Assembly (NCBI RefSeq): GCF_964204645.1
Contig: NC_134030.1
Location: 7,234,778-7,298,777, forward strand
Reading direction: 5' to 3'
Length of the DNA: 64,000 nucleotides
DNA from: Tubulanus polymorphus
Lineage: Eukaryota; Animalia; Nemertea
Shown here: piece after piece, positions 25,116 through 39,600 of the stretch
Position numbering within the stretch: the first letter of the stretch is position 1
Layout: each line of letters opens with the position of its first letter
Made by a program: the position numbers and the translations under genes
Notes under the pieces: model-generated
What the model was told of the DNA's origin: nothing
The model's input: only the letters and a program-made list of their open reading frames with translations
The model's database searches: none

Positions 25116-25477
25116 CTACTGTGGCAATCGAGGATTCCCCGTATGGCAGGCGAGGATCCGCAAGGTGTCGCTAGTAGATAGTCGGTCTTCCGCGTTCTAC
25201 ATTTCAATTAATAATAATAAAAATCATTATTATCTATTTCCACAATAAATTACAATAAATTAGAACTGAATGCACTTTTCTCTTTTAAATGAATCAATTA
25301 CTAATGAAAACTATGCCGATATCCGAATAGAAGAATGAAAGTATTGTATATTCGGTCGGTGCTGTAATGATATATGGATTTGGGAGTCTTTGAAGTCCAG
25401 TTCAAAGATTATCGAAAATGAACTAATTTTGACAACGGAAGACATATTTTTCGTCACGCCATCTGGCGGGATAGCTG
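25116..25477 (+). mobile_element. Interspersed repeat family B, copy 2
   Basis: Colinear with 11591-11898 with an expanded AT-rich middle. Left CCGCAAGGTGTCG...GTCTTCCG mirrors the right end read in reverse complement (CCGCCAGATGGCG...GTCTTCCG). Confidence 0.85.
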
Positions 25478-28400
25478 GTGTTGCGGGTTCCCCATTGTAG
25501 CTAAGGCAATACCAGATAACTGTGAGGGAATAGACAAACATATTCCTGTCTTTGACATCGCATCTCATGTTTCATGTCTAAAAGAAAGCAACACGCTGGT
25601 TTAGAGAGAAACATTATAAACAATAAGCACCATATCAAAGTGCGTCATTCTGTCCGTCGATTGCAGTTTTGGCATGTTGACCACGTCCAGAGTCACAAGA
25701 CCTGCTCCGAGCTTACAACCTGCCTTGATATTACAGTTCTGTTACAGTATATAGCAACACGTACAGCATACCGATTTAGCACGAATAGGCCCGGGCTAGC
25801 TTGGAGCGAAGAATCCGTTCCCCATACAACCATTACTTTCAATTCTCTTTCGCCAACCGATCCCGGCGGTCTTTGTCGCTATATTCTCACATAAGAAGTG
25901 GCGATAGTGACAAGCCCTCGACGAAAACCACTGCAGCCATCATATACGCCGCGAAAAAAGAACTGCGCTAACCGCAAAAGTTATCTCCTCATCGATGTCA
26001 AAAAAAACAACAGTCGTTCTTCGATATGTACCAGTAATGCGCCATCGTTGTTGCTGCCGTTGCCGAGAGTTTTTGCGAATCCATCAACAACACTACTTTA
26101 CATCCCGTCCGTTTCTGATACTTCCATTAACCGGCTGCAAATTTTGTGTGTTCGAGACGAAAATAGGAAATGCATGTTGCGAATACGAATCAGTATGAAC
26201 GCTCGTATACAATCCACGCTGGCCGATAATCCGCGGCGGCGACATTCCGTAGCTAGCGACCAGGAACAAGTCGAAGACTTTCGCATTTACCGATAAACCA
26301 GGTGCTCGATCAACAATACTATTTTTGTTATAGTCATTTTTTCACTATCGAGCCCAGTTCTTATATAATAAGCTACCGGCGCAAAGCGACAATCGCGAAA
26401 TACGATTTGCCTCGACTCTCGTATGGGTAAATATCGAAATAGTGGAATTAACGTTAAAAATGAGCTTTTCTTTCCTCACAAACAGATATAAAGTAGATAA
26501 TGCATGTGTCATCCGAGTCAAGGCCGTTATAGTTGGAACTGCTGTCGGGGAATGGATGGGAATCAAAAGGATATCTTTTTACCTGCACCGTAGATGAAGC
26601 ATTCGTCAGGGAATTTGGCCTTAAGCAAAAGCATTCATATATATTTTGAAATCCATTGGTACAGAATAGATCTCATATAAAATTGTACCCTACCTTTCTA
26701 GCGTTACGCTCAAAATGCCCGCCTAACCCTACCACGGTTTATAGTTAGACCCCACATCTATTGATAGCAATAAGTTAATCAACTATATGTCTGGAGAAAA
26801 CCTAAATAATCTAGAAGATAACCGGTAAGATATGACTATATAGTCGCTACCAACAATAACTTGACCATTCATCGAACCGAAATCGATTCTAAAATCACAG
26901 CCCTGATCTAATAAACGTACTGACCAGTATACGGATACTCTACTGCTTCTGCTCTATCGCAGATGACCAGTTTGAAATGCGATGAAGAAAGATCAAGATG
27001 ACCGAATCATAAGATTAACGACTTACATATAATCGATTAATGATGGATCAATTCTGAATCTGTCATGTTTAAGTTCACAATAAGTTCAGATTGCTATTGC
27101 TTTACTTTGATGTAGTCTCTATTGATGAACTGATGTTATCAAAAGTCATAATACAGATTATCAAAGTTTACGTATCCTGGCCGAATGTGTTTTTATGGCG
27201 ATGACAAAGTGCACTGGCCCGTATTACGCCAACGTAAAAACTGAACATCGAAATGAAATCCTAAAATCAACAGGGCCAATAAATATAACTAGTCCATTCC
27301 AAAATTGATCCAGTCTAATGCACAAATGATGTAACTTCAAATAATTCAATCGATTGAGTGGACTGCAATACGCCCAAATACGGAATGAAAAACCAAAAAA
27401 TTTTATTTGACGATCCCAAATTACTCGGTAAGCTTGCGTAGGCTTAGAAAATCTAATTTCGGAGGCAACTAATTTCTGAAATTTTTAAGATCGGATGTAT
27501 TCGAGTACAACAGGCGCCGTACGGACTCAAATGGCTGCAGTCTCGATATATACTCGGTGAATAGGACTGCGTGTCGCCCGTAACCTCTCGAAGCCAATTC
27601 ATTTATTTCTAATGAATATCATGGGAAAAACTTTACTCGAAATCCATATACTCTAAACGCCGCGTCCAAATTGGTTTCCTCGACAAAAAATGCCGATATC
27701 GAATATCATACAAATCTCGATATACGAGATACATGTTCATTAACTGAAGGGCCCGACATTCATTGAATTTTAACGCTAGTTTTATTTTTCACCCGGACGC
27801 TAGATCTCGGCAAAAAAAAATGACGACACGATATTTCCGTTCCCCGAGATATTGGACTTACAGTATATTTGAAAAAGCCGGTACAAGTGGAATCCGGGAT
27901 TCGGGCAGATTCAGATCCGGAAAAAAGTAGGTCACGTTCAGCACATGAATAAGGCACCAAATTGATAAGAATTCAAACATTAAGATTGATATATTATTTA
28001 TATATATATATATATGCATATATATTTTTGAATTGAATTTTTTATTATTATTTTTATATTAGATATATGACCATATAAACGTTACCTATATCTGTAACTT
28101 ACAGGGTATACCCGTAACGGATACCCATTTCAAACTACGCCCGTTGAAACAATAGTACTGCGATCAAGAATTAATAGGAGTCTTTGGCATTAGTCAATAA
28201 TTCAAGTGCACGTTGTAATGGCAATAAAAGAAGAACTCTTTCATGGGAATTAATTAAGCAATCGACAGTCAGAAATAAGTAGTTCAACGATCGAGACCGA
28301 GAGTGCCCCGTTCGGTTTATTGTACCAAGTGACACCGAATGTTCAACCGAAGCTGATCGATAGTCAACCGCACGGCTACAAAACGATATCCGACGATCAG

Positions 28401-28920
28401 GAAAAAACATTATTTCAAACTCAGATCTAAAATTCGGATGTATAAACTACGGCTCGTGTTACATCTGCCACAGGTCACGTCAAATAACAAACACGTTCGT
28501 GCACACGTAACAGAAAAAAAATGAAATTCGCATTGATCGAAAATTCATTGGTGTTTTTGTTGCCCCCTTGGCTTCGGGTAACAGAATCTAATCAAGCCAT
28601 AGAAAGGTATCGAGCTTATTAGCGAGTTGGGAGATTAAGTGCTGCCTGGTCGATTTGCTGCAGTTTTCTGAATTTGGGGACACGGCCAACTCGGTTACAA
28701 ATTGGGTGTCTTGCCATCTGCCTGATCCGGCGAAGCAAATCCCACCTGGTTCTTTCGGTGAAATGGTCATTAGGCAGATAACTAGCGTAGACAGGTAAAT
28801 ATTACACAGTAGAAATTTCTACTTGTCTTGGACAGGCCTAATGATATCAACAGGTCAGTTTTGTGCAGTTGAGCTGCTTGTACCTCATCATTATCTCAAA
28901 TATTACCTACCCATTATCCA

Positions 28921-28994
28921 AAATATCAAATTACAATGTTGAAATATCAAAAAGAAATTACATCTTTCAAAATATCAAAAAGAAATTATATCTT
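28921..28994. repeat. Short AT-rich tandem duplication, 28-bp period
   Basis: AAATATCAAAAAGAAATTA(C/T)ATCTT at 28942 and 28970, with a partial copy at 28921. Confidence 0.75.
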
Positions 28995-30364
28995 CCATAT
29001 ATCCAAAATTATCTATGTTAACGGACAGCTAAGATGACGAGTTTGAAAGATAAAGGTAAGATGTAATCGGATGACAGTGACACAGAAGTATTTAATTCAT
29101 ATATCAACTTTTTGTATAATGTGATATTTGAAATTACGACCATTAATATCCAAATCGTTCAGCCAGAGCTTTAGATGAAGTGTCAGATTCCTGTCATGAA
29201 TATGAGAGAAAAAAGATTAATGCATTGCCGAACGCTGCGATAAGGTACCATACTTATCGGAATAAGTGGACGTATCCATTTAAAGGGATATTTCAATGGA
29301 ATAGGAAATCGTGTCATATGTACCAACTCAAACGACATAAGAATACGTAATGATGTGGAGCAACAAGTCTAGCATCCGTCAGCGGAATTAAAGATCATAA
29401 ATTCTTTAGATTTAAAGATTTAGAAACGATGTATTAATAGGTGTTAACATCCACACATACACTCAAACATGAAAATACTAAACAAATTTGAAACTGATGT
29501 CTACAATATATAATGGGGGTGATAATCAAAATTAGATAAGATACAATGGATCTTTTTCTAGAGTAAAACCTTCTTTAGTCTGAAAACATTGCTGAGGAGC
29601 GAATAAACTGTAACTTACGCGTATTCATTTAACAGATATACAATCCAATACTAACTCTACAGGTGGCTGCTGGCTATCCTCCTATTCAGTTTTAGCGATT
29701 TTTAACGAAAGTTTGTGTATTCACTTGAAAACGATAACATCTCGTTTTCGCGAATACGCTACGCACAACTCGTACCACGTGAAGTGAAGCAGCTATTGAA
29801 ACCATATGTTCATAATAATCCGATAAACTCAGATTCTTCGTATAACCATCGAATCGTATTGTGACCGGTTTTAAGCCGTTTGTCTGTACTTTCAATAGCG
29901 CCCTATTACGAAATGCCGGGTTCGATACGAAACGTCGCCAAGAATAAATAGATCGGATCGGAGAAAAAAGAACTGTTGCCGCATTTACGACGACGCTGCT
30001 GCCCATTCAACGGAAAACATTGTCACAGGATATAAATTCGCTGCAGGAGCTTTAATTGTGAACGAACAGTACCGCGAGTGACGACCATGTTACTGCTAAC
30101 AGCGCGAGATCGGTGACATTGACGGCAGTTGCAGTAAGTACCGTTATACTCTGTTCTGTCGCAGACGGAGCCAGTGAATTGAATGAATGGCGAAGAAGAG
30201 TCGGTGGCGGGGATGTCTTCCCTGTTGCTTCTCGCCGCGGCGGTGCGTTCGAAGATTTCGCCGAATGACATAGAAGAGAATAGTTCGATAGGATGTGGAA
30301 TTCTACCGTTTACAAGATTTTCACATCAGCGCAACCGTGTAATAGTAATAATAATATATATAAG

Positions 30365-30367
<3 letters not shown>

Positions 30368-30447
<80 letters not shown>

Positions 30448-31397
30448 CATACATACATACATACATACATACATACATACATACATACATACATACATAC
30501 ATACATACATACATACATACATACATACATACATACATACATACATACATACATACATACATACATACATACATACATACATACATACATACATACATAC
30601 ATACATACATACATACATACATACATACATACATACATACATACATACATACATACATACATACATACATACATACATACATACATACATACATACATAC
30701 ATACATACATACATACATACATACATACATACATACATACATACATACATACATACATACATACATACATACATACATACATACATACATACATACATAC
30801 ATACATACATACATACATACATACATACATACATACATACATACATACATACATACATACATACATACATACATACATACATACATACATACATACATAC
30901 ATACATACATACATACATACATACATACATACATACATACATACATACATACATACATACATACATACATACATACATACATACATACATACATACATAC
31001 ATACATACATACATACATACATACATACATACATACATACATACATACATACATACATACATACATACATACATACATACATACATACATACATACATAC
31101 ATACATACATACATACATACATACATACATACATACATACATACATACATACATACATACATACATACATACATACATACATACATACATACATACATAC
31201 ATACATACATACATACATACATACATACATACATACATACATACATACATACATACATACATACATACATACATACATACATACATACATACATACATAC
31301 ATACATACATACATACATACATACATACATACATACATACATACATACATACATACATACATACATACATACATACATACATACATACATACATACA

Positions 31398-31462
<65 letters not shown>
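30368..31462. repeat. Compound microsatellite (TA)n-(ATAC)246-(AT)n
   Basis: TA run 30368-30440, uninterrupted ATAC run 30441-31424 (984 bp), AT run 31425-31462. It accounts for the 365-451 aa HTYI/MYVC ORFs. Confidence 0.99.
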
Positions 31463-31464
<2 letters not shown>

Positions 31465-34324
31465 TAACTCATAGATCACAAAAATATTTGCCCGTCGATG
31501 ACGTCACGGTACACGTATCACGACCGACCAGACCATGAGATCAACCTTCGAGCGAACATTAGATTGTTTCCGATGGACGAGGTTCGCCGACCTGTCAGTG
31601 TCAGCGTCGAGCGTAGAGAACGCCATCGTTTCGCTAGTGATCGATGGGTGCGGTATTCCTGCGCGATCGTACTTTAGCCGATAATCGTCAGAGACACCGA
31701 ACACTGCATCGTCGATGTCACTAGGCCAAATTAGTACACGCATAAAATAGTATTACGGAATAATACCGCGGTGCATTAGCGGAATACGGCGCATTAAAAA
31801 AAGGCAGCCACTTCAACTATATTCGGTTACACCGCTTAGAGACGCGCTGGTGGCATTCACGGTGTTCGCATTCTCAAGGGCATCTTGTTATAGCATCAAG
31901 AGCCAACCGTCGTCACCCCGCAACAGGGAAAAATACATTTAAACGAGTGGAATAACTTGTAAGACAAGATCATGCGGGTCTCGTTAAAACTGACTAACAG
32001 TCGAGCCTTAGTTCAAACCCGCCTATCAACGCAACACTGCTTTAAAGGTATCAAAATCGATGGTAACACCCGCTAACACCCTGCAATTCTATTGGCTTAA
32101 CTAGATTTTATTGAACTGCCTTTGTCAAAAATAATCTTCCTCACGTGTCCATATGAGAGTGAATGAGGGTATGTATGTAGGAGTGAATGGATGAGGAATT
32201 AGGACTAGTTTAAAACAACTTTAGCTTTTCCTAACTTCCTCGCATAATCTATTGCTACAATGATTGTTATTATATTCTCATATTGTTTATAAAAACCATC
32301 TACAGTTCGAAAATAGTTCATATATATTTGAGGATGAAACTACGTGGGTTGGGTTCAAACAATACTCATATTTGTTACCATCTTGATTAATCGAAAACGC
32401 ACAGAGAGATTCTTACGAGAAACACAAGAAGGCAGATTTTCAATATCAAGTAGATTATTATTGATTCCGATATCTTAAATAGCCACAAAAACGATACTAA
32501 TTGACTGATGCATATCAAAATAGCCGATTCTAATTTCCTCGATGACAAGCGATTGCGCCGTGTCGGTATCAAATACTGTCTCATTCTCTCTTTAATTAAT
32601 TCGACGAAAAGCTATATTAACCGACGGTTCGTATTTCAAAGCGAAAAGCAGCTTTAATATATACGCGTTTTATGACTTTCAACGAGGTAAACGGATCGAC
32701 ACTAACGTTTACCGATCGACAGTCGAAATTAGTTCGTTTTGAATTGAATCAACTTACAAAAATTATAAAAAAATCTCTCTAAAGAGAGCCTCTAAAATTA
32801 TATGTATACACGTACGGTAGGGGATCGTCGGATCGAGCGAAACCATATAGAACGTGTCAAAAATGTAATGAGGCAGCAACTGGAAACGAAATCCATTTTC
32901 TTTTAGTTCGTGCCTTTTTTCAAAGCGTAGGCAGCAAATTCATACCTAGATAGTACTTCTGGCGACATTCCGATGAAAATAGCCTACATAACCTTACCTG
33001 TTCGAAAGGTAAAACTTTGTTTAATCCGGCGATATTCATCACTAAAGGTATCAATCAAATCATCTACTTAATGATAAAATAGCACGATGTTTCGACTATA
33101 TTCTAATAGTCATCTTCAGGAATACCGATATTACACCATGAATTAGCGGTGTAGTGTTCCCGTTTATTCAATTACTGATTAGACCTCGATACTACCATTT
33201 CACTATGTATATTGTAATTGAAATGATTTGTGTCCTTTGTGCTCTGTGCGATGTTATCATAATTTGTGGAGTAATAAACTTAAATGAAACTTCTCAACGC
33301 TGATTGATTTACTTAATAGAACTATAATCAAATGTAAACGGAATTGGACGTGAATAACCGAATCAGTAAGCGAACCTGGTTGATCCGCCATGACTCAAAC
33401 CATCGCGGTCTTGTCCGCATTTTAGTGCTGTCTGGAGGAAGGCTTTACTAGGTTATTGATACTTCCAAGGACGAAAAAATTACCACAACGACTTGAATGG
33501 CGATAGCGTTAGGGTAGGTTATAATGTTGTTGGGTAACTTTTCATCCGTGGATGTAATACCGACCGCCCATGGAAAACCACTGGCTAATTTCCCGCTGAC
33601 GTCACCCGACGGTTTTTATTTGATCGCGTGCGACGACGGTACGAAATACACGTTTGGTTTGAAAAACGTGAAATTTCATCGACCGAACGCGAGTGTGCGA
33701 GAACGCGCTCTCCGGGGAGGCGACGGCTTATTCAAGCAATTTGATCAATTACTAGCGTCACCGATAAAATTCCGCGATTCGCATCTCGCGGGATTCGTCG
33801 TCGATTCCGCCGACAATTGAACGGATTATAACATTTGTAAACTATTTTATCGAGTCGATTTAATGATAGCGAAATTTTGCGACGGATTCGGTTTTTGCGC
33901 CGTCGAAATAATGCCTGTCACTTCGAGTTTTCGGTCGTCTACGCGGATTTCAAACGTCAATTCGGCGAGACGCAGTGGAAACCGATGCGACGGATTGAAA
34001 CTGCCAGCACCGATCGCGCAAAATCAAACGAGTAATGTAATTCGGTTGAAATATCTGAAAATGTTCATTAAGCGCAGAAGCAACGACACGCGTCCCTCGA
34101 CGCAACTTCATTCGATTTAATCGTCAAATATGAAATCTAATCTGATTACATGCTATACCGTTCCAACATGATTGTTACATGTACTTTTCTCGGCAGTTCG
34201 AATAAGATTTGTCGACAGAAAAATCTTAAACGAACCATCTTGTTCTCGTATAATGAGACAAGGCGAAAGATCTGAGTAAAAGAAAGCAAAGAAACTCGTT
34301 CCGAAAGTTTCATTTGAATTGTAG

Positions 34325-34476
34325 ACAGAAGGCGCTCATGAGTCAGCTACGAGACCAGGTACCCAATCACTGCAATGAGGATAGGTGCGTTGGCTGGGGA
34401 CGCTACGTACGGGATTCGAACCCCCGACCAGGCTTACCAAAGTGGAACGCTCTAAACACTCGTTCACACAGCTCCC
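34325..34476 (-). mobile_element. tRNA-derived SINE-like element
   Basis: The minus strand reads GAGCTGTGTGAACGAGTGTTTAGAGCG...GGGGGTTCGAATCCCG (decayed A box; perfect B box GGTTCGAATCC at 34412-34422), then GTGATTGGGTACCTGG (similar to central-domain motifs of metazoan SINEs) and TGAGCGCCTT. No complete cloverleaf. Confidence 0.65.
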
Positions 34477-36433
34477 ACGGAATCTGAATATAATTCGAAA
34501 TCGAAATAGAATTTGAAGATATATAACGTGTGGTTCTTCGTTGCGTGAACATGATTACAATTTGGCGTGGCGCTAACGCATCGATGTGTATATAGATATA
34601 GATACTGCCCACACCCACAATAATAATACTAATGTACACGCGCGCATGTATACTCACAGTAGTGTTAATGACTATTCGTAATTAGCTATTATCAATGAAG
34701 GTAACCATAATATTATACTCACGCTAGGTTAGCCTCATATATATAAAGGCATCGTGTCATACAATATCATATCCTATCATATCAAATTTCCTTCGACTTG
34801 TATAATATGAGTCCGTATCATACGATTTTCGGCGGCGAAAAAATAGTTGTGTATCTGCTTCGAGATGGTAGGAGAGATACAATACAAAGTTCTTAATTTG
34901 GCAACTGCAAATGGTTCGTGTATAGCCGAGTTTAAGTGTGCATCGTTCACGCCATCGTTCTGGATTAGGGTGGGGGGGGTAAGACCCACAATTCGACCAA
35001 TTCATTTTCGGGGACAGTCCTCGTAGACCCTCTAACTACGGAATAAAAACAATTTAAGGCAATTACATATATAATTTTGGAGGACAAGCCTCATCATTGC
35101 GATGGGAATCAAAAGGGTTGGAAATTTTTTTGATTTGAATTATTTGGGGGTAAATGCCCCCAGCAATCCCACGCCGCTGACGCCACCCGAATTACAGGGC
35201 ACTGGAAATAGGAACCGGTGATGTTTTTCATGTACTTTCATCTCCCTTTCTTTGTTATAATTGCCGTCATCAATTCTAGCTAAAAATGAGTATAAAATGG
35301 AGAACGACTGATTCGATTCGTATATTCGATCGCTAATTAAAAGCGTATATAATAATCGTATACTTGATTTTAACGACATATGTTTGTTTTTGCGAGTTGT
35401 ACGCGGGAGGGTGAGGCAATTATTTCGTTTTCCGATAAAATTCATTAGTAATAACGAACGACGTCGGCGACACATCCAAGAATATATTGCATATCTGAAT
35501 TAATCATAGGCCCCATATATACGACTCCTGATATCATCCAATTCATATCAGCCAACTATTCATTTTCACTATGTGCGATATTACAATTGATTAGTCTTCA
35601 TAACAAAATCCAAAAAAAAAAATCAAATTATCAGTAGTCGACACCAAGTCCTGAATTGAGTCCGAAATGCGTTAGCTTTCATGAGATTCTTAAGATCGAA
35701 ATAGCCTGTGGTACACAGCGCAGCGTTACGACTACTGCGAATCAGTATCAGTCCATCAATTTTGTCCATACATTTTTGATTCTTCATTCCATCACATTGG
35801 AATCCCTTCTTGCGAGTGAGGATGAGCTAGTCGGATCTCTGAAGTATAGGATAGACTATATACGCCGTATAACACGCAGTACTTCCTACGTATACAAGTA
35901 CATGACGCGTAAATTCAATATTAACAGATAACGAGACATTATATACAGAGCCACATACATCACATATTCATCTTGTAACTCAATAAGATGCACCCAAGAG
36001 CACTTATACGTACTGAAATTCAGCCAAACCCCATTTGCAATGTAATCAAACAGCGACTCTGCCCTCGAATCGGCGAAGCAAATTAAGCTCCAGTTTCGTG
36101 TCGTGATTAGTCACGGTCAACGTGAAATGAGTAGCGATGTAATTTTCATTGTTTCACGATCGTCTCATTGATTATTCAGAGAAACATTCTCTTAATTAAA
36201 CAATACACTATATATATCTATAATCACGTTACAGAACCAGGAGCCCGCTACTAATAACCCACAGCTCAAGTATAACTATGGTAGTTGTCGAATAATAAAT
36301 TTGATCGTATAATTTTAAATTCGAAGTGTGGGATTTCTTCATTTATAACTATGGTACTTGTCAGATCCAATTCTCCAAATATGCAGATTAATCTGGCCAA
36401 AACATAACAGTAATTAGACAGGATTTGATACCA

Positions 36434-36615
36434 TAGCCGCGATCGGCCGCGATCACATGAGCATTTTTGGCCAAATTTAGCCCTAAACAACTGTTCACAC
36501 GGGTGAAAAATGGGTCCGAGCCTACTAGGCCCGACCAAAAACGTCGGACCAGGCCCGAGCCAAATTTTTGCACGGGTCAAATCATTGCTTGTGAATTGCA
36601 ACTGGTTCCGGAGTG
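36434..36615 (+). mobile_element. Interspersed MITE family C, copy 3 (truncated, left half)
   Basis: GGCCGCGATCACA...GGCCCGACCAAAAACGTCGGACCAGGCCCGAGCCAAATTTTTGCACGGGTCAAATCATTGCTTGTGAATTGCAACTGGTTCCG matches copies 1 and 2. Similarity ends at ~36615. Confidence 0.85.
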
Positions 36616-39600
36616 AAAAAACTGCCATTTTTGCTGTCCACCATAGAATCTGTACACCTCCATTTTGAGCTATCTCCCGTAGATAAACGCCGATTTCGTT
36701 GTGGGATATTTGTCGTAGAGTGATCGTTAAAGGCTCGTTGGAAGCAGAAAGTCTTCTAGTTTGTATTAAAGCTACTTTCATGTGAATCGGTTGAGGAATT
36801 TTGGAATTACAGTCGATTGAAGTGGAGAGGTCATTTTCAGATTGATGATTAGTTGCCACCCTTGTTTTTTTATCATACAGGGATACTGGGGTTGGTCATT
36901 GATGCTGGTTATATTCATTCACCATCAATTAGGACAAGTCCCTGTGCTTGGACTGATATAGATCTTGGTTTTAGGTAATTTACCTAGGGGTCCAAGTACA
37001 AGAGATCACATGCAATATATAAGGTAAATCTTCGTTTCTTCGAGGGTAAATGGTACGTTATACTCGGAACGTTTCACGGTGCAAAGGAAAATCCTATATG
37101 TTCTGGGCCCCTTATCCTTGATGACGGATACACGTATAACTAATTATCATTAGTATAACATTCACGTATAATGAAAGCCTGGAAGAGGTATTTAATAGGG
37201 GAATCGAGAGGGAGCGAGGGAGAAAGATTAATGAGATTCTATTGGGTTAGTTATTAACCAAACAGGTGTTTCATATGAATTCATTTAACATAGAACACGT
37301 GTGTGGACTTTGTATATTAAACAACTCCTTTGCAACCTTGGTATTTTGATAGTCCAATGAGAACGAACTGTTTTTGTTAAAGATTCTGGTTCACCGGATT
37401 TTAAAATTCCGTATCTTATTTTTTCGAAGAGGGGTTGCTTATGAATCTTAACTTACCCTATTTCCCAGGATGTACTGTTCTTTAGACGATGGAAAATGCC
37501 TGAAATGATACACAAACAGAGAAACCTTAATAATGCTACATCTTCGTTAGAACATTGTTGGGATTCTTCGAAAAAAAGGATTCATCTTAGTTAGGGTAAT
37601 ATTCCTATTCCTTTTATACTGAACGCGCATGGGTGATTGATTTTTTTGCAAGTGGCCTCCAGGGAATAACGTGCGTCACTAGGTAAGCTTGTCAGGATTG
37701 ACTCCAGAGATGGTAATCATGTTATGGGCTTATCCTGAATCCGAAGGTAAGTCCCTGATAATCTGGGTGCTGCTTCGAGCCGCCGGCAGCGGTGACCAAT
37801 TTGAAACATCACTCGCCGAGCTGGCGGCAACTTATCATGATGGTTGATTTTATCGACAGTGAATCATATCCGCACAACAGAGACTTCCACTGAAAGTACT
37901 ACACAGAATCAATAAACGTATTTTTTTAAACTGACAACGTTCTTGGTACTTTAGATTTAGTGCTATTAATCAATTTATTCGTTATGTACCGGCACACTAG
38001 TTCTGTATGGCGCCGGATCCATATGGCTAGAGTCACTATCTCCTGTGTCTAATGAAAGTTTACGCCTTAATACAAATTCCAAGGAAGATTCGTGTGACTG
38101 AATTCTTGCGTTGTGTATGAAAATCGAGTGAAATCGAGCTTTATTTCATTTCAGTAAAATATGCGTCGCCGCCGGGACACGTTCAGGTAGGAATTGTAGA
38201 CCGTGTTTGGTGGCGGATGATGAATAAATTCGACGCGTATTTGACACGAGAGAACGTATGCATAATTAACACTCGGTGTTGAGGTGTTATTTTATTCGCA
38301 GTTAATTGAATAACGGCGCACAGCGTCTCGAAACGAGAGGTCTTCTGTCAAGTGAACGTATGACGTTAAACAGCGGATGAGATCCCGGTGCCGCCGTACT
38401 ACTCGCCCTGTTATTAGTGATAATGCAACACATTGTAGAGCTCTAAAGAGAGCCGTTTGTCATTTATTGTTCAAATAGAAAAGTGTAATTCAGTCGACAA
38501 GATGGTAAACTCCTGAGACAGGATTATCGAAATAGGGGCGGCTCCAAGAATTTCCAAGTCACAGCATCCGGAGCCATCATTTCACTATAATGGGTATCAT
38601 GGAGTGGACTTAGTTTTGGCGTCAACGAGAAGAATGTCAATCATGAAAGAATTATCCATCATTTATTTCTTGTTGACCTTTCAACATGATGTGGATCGGA
38701 CATAAGACCAGTGCAAATCCAGGTCAATATGGCCCAATCTACGATTGATCAGATTATGACATATTTTGCTGACTTAACCCCGGAACCGCCGCAGCCAGAT
38801 ATGCGGGAAACGAACGATCGCGTGAGGTGCGTCCGCTGATATATCAGATAAAAAGAAAATAGTTGGAATAAAAAGCGGCCCGTAAACTCAATTCATATCA
38901 TATGCTATAGCGAGGTGATGTGATATAACAGAAAATCTGTAAAAATCTAACTGAAGCCCTTTGATCAACGCGTATCAATCAAATTACATCGAATTGCTTT
39001 TGATTGACGTTTTGTTTCGCAGTGTTTTTCCCGACTAAGAGACCCACCGCGACTCGACGGGACATAAAGGCAGCTTAATGCGGTACTGTAAATGAGCCTT
39101 GATTACATCAGTAGTGCATTTACCGCCTAGCAGGGGACTCTTTTAGACATAGTAATATAAATGACTTTGACCATATACTTCTTGCCTTGAATTATGCAGC
39201 GATTCTGTTTTCTTATCTTTACTAAACAAGCGGGTAGCGTTTTTAGGAGTCCCTCGAGAATTGCGAAGCGATATTTGAGTTTTACTAGTATATACCAGCT
39301 TGGATGACACGGATACCATGAACACCACGGATATTTTTGTGAGGTAGGGCTTCGTATTGTTTATTTTTACAAGGTGACATTTCTCAGAAGATCGGATCAT
39401 TTCGGTTCGGAATGTCGGTTGTAGGATACAATATATATATATAACCATCCAACCCCGCTGTATATCATCACTGCGCTGCAGTGGTATTCGTGTTGCAGAT
39501 TGTGTGAAAAATGTTATCAAAACGATGACATCTACAATCATATATCGGTATATATGAATCAAATTCCACACGAACTATCCTCGCTGTTACATCAACAAAA

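Noticed and set aside
30183-31538. Five long ORFs of 365-451 aa (HTYI/MYVC repeats)
   Set aside because: They are translations of a stop-free microsatellite. The same applies to the IYIY ORFs at 53072-53342 and 57958-58416 and the MDGW ORF at 54188-54433.
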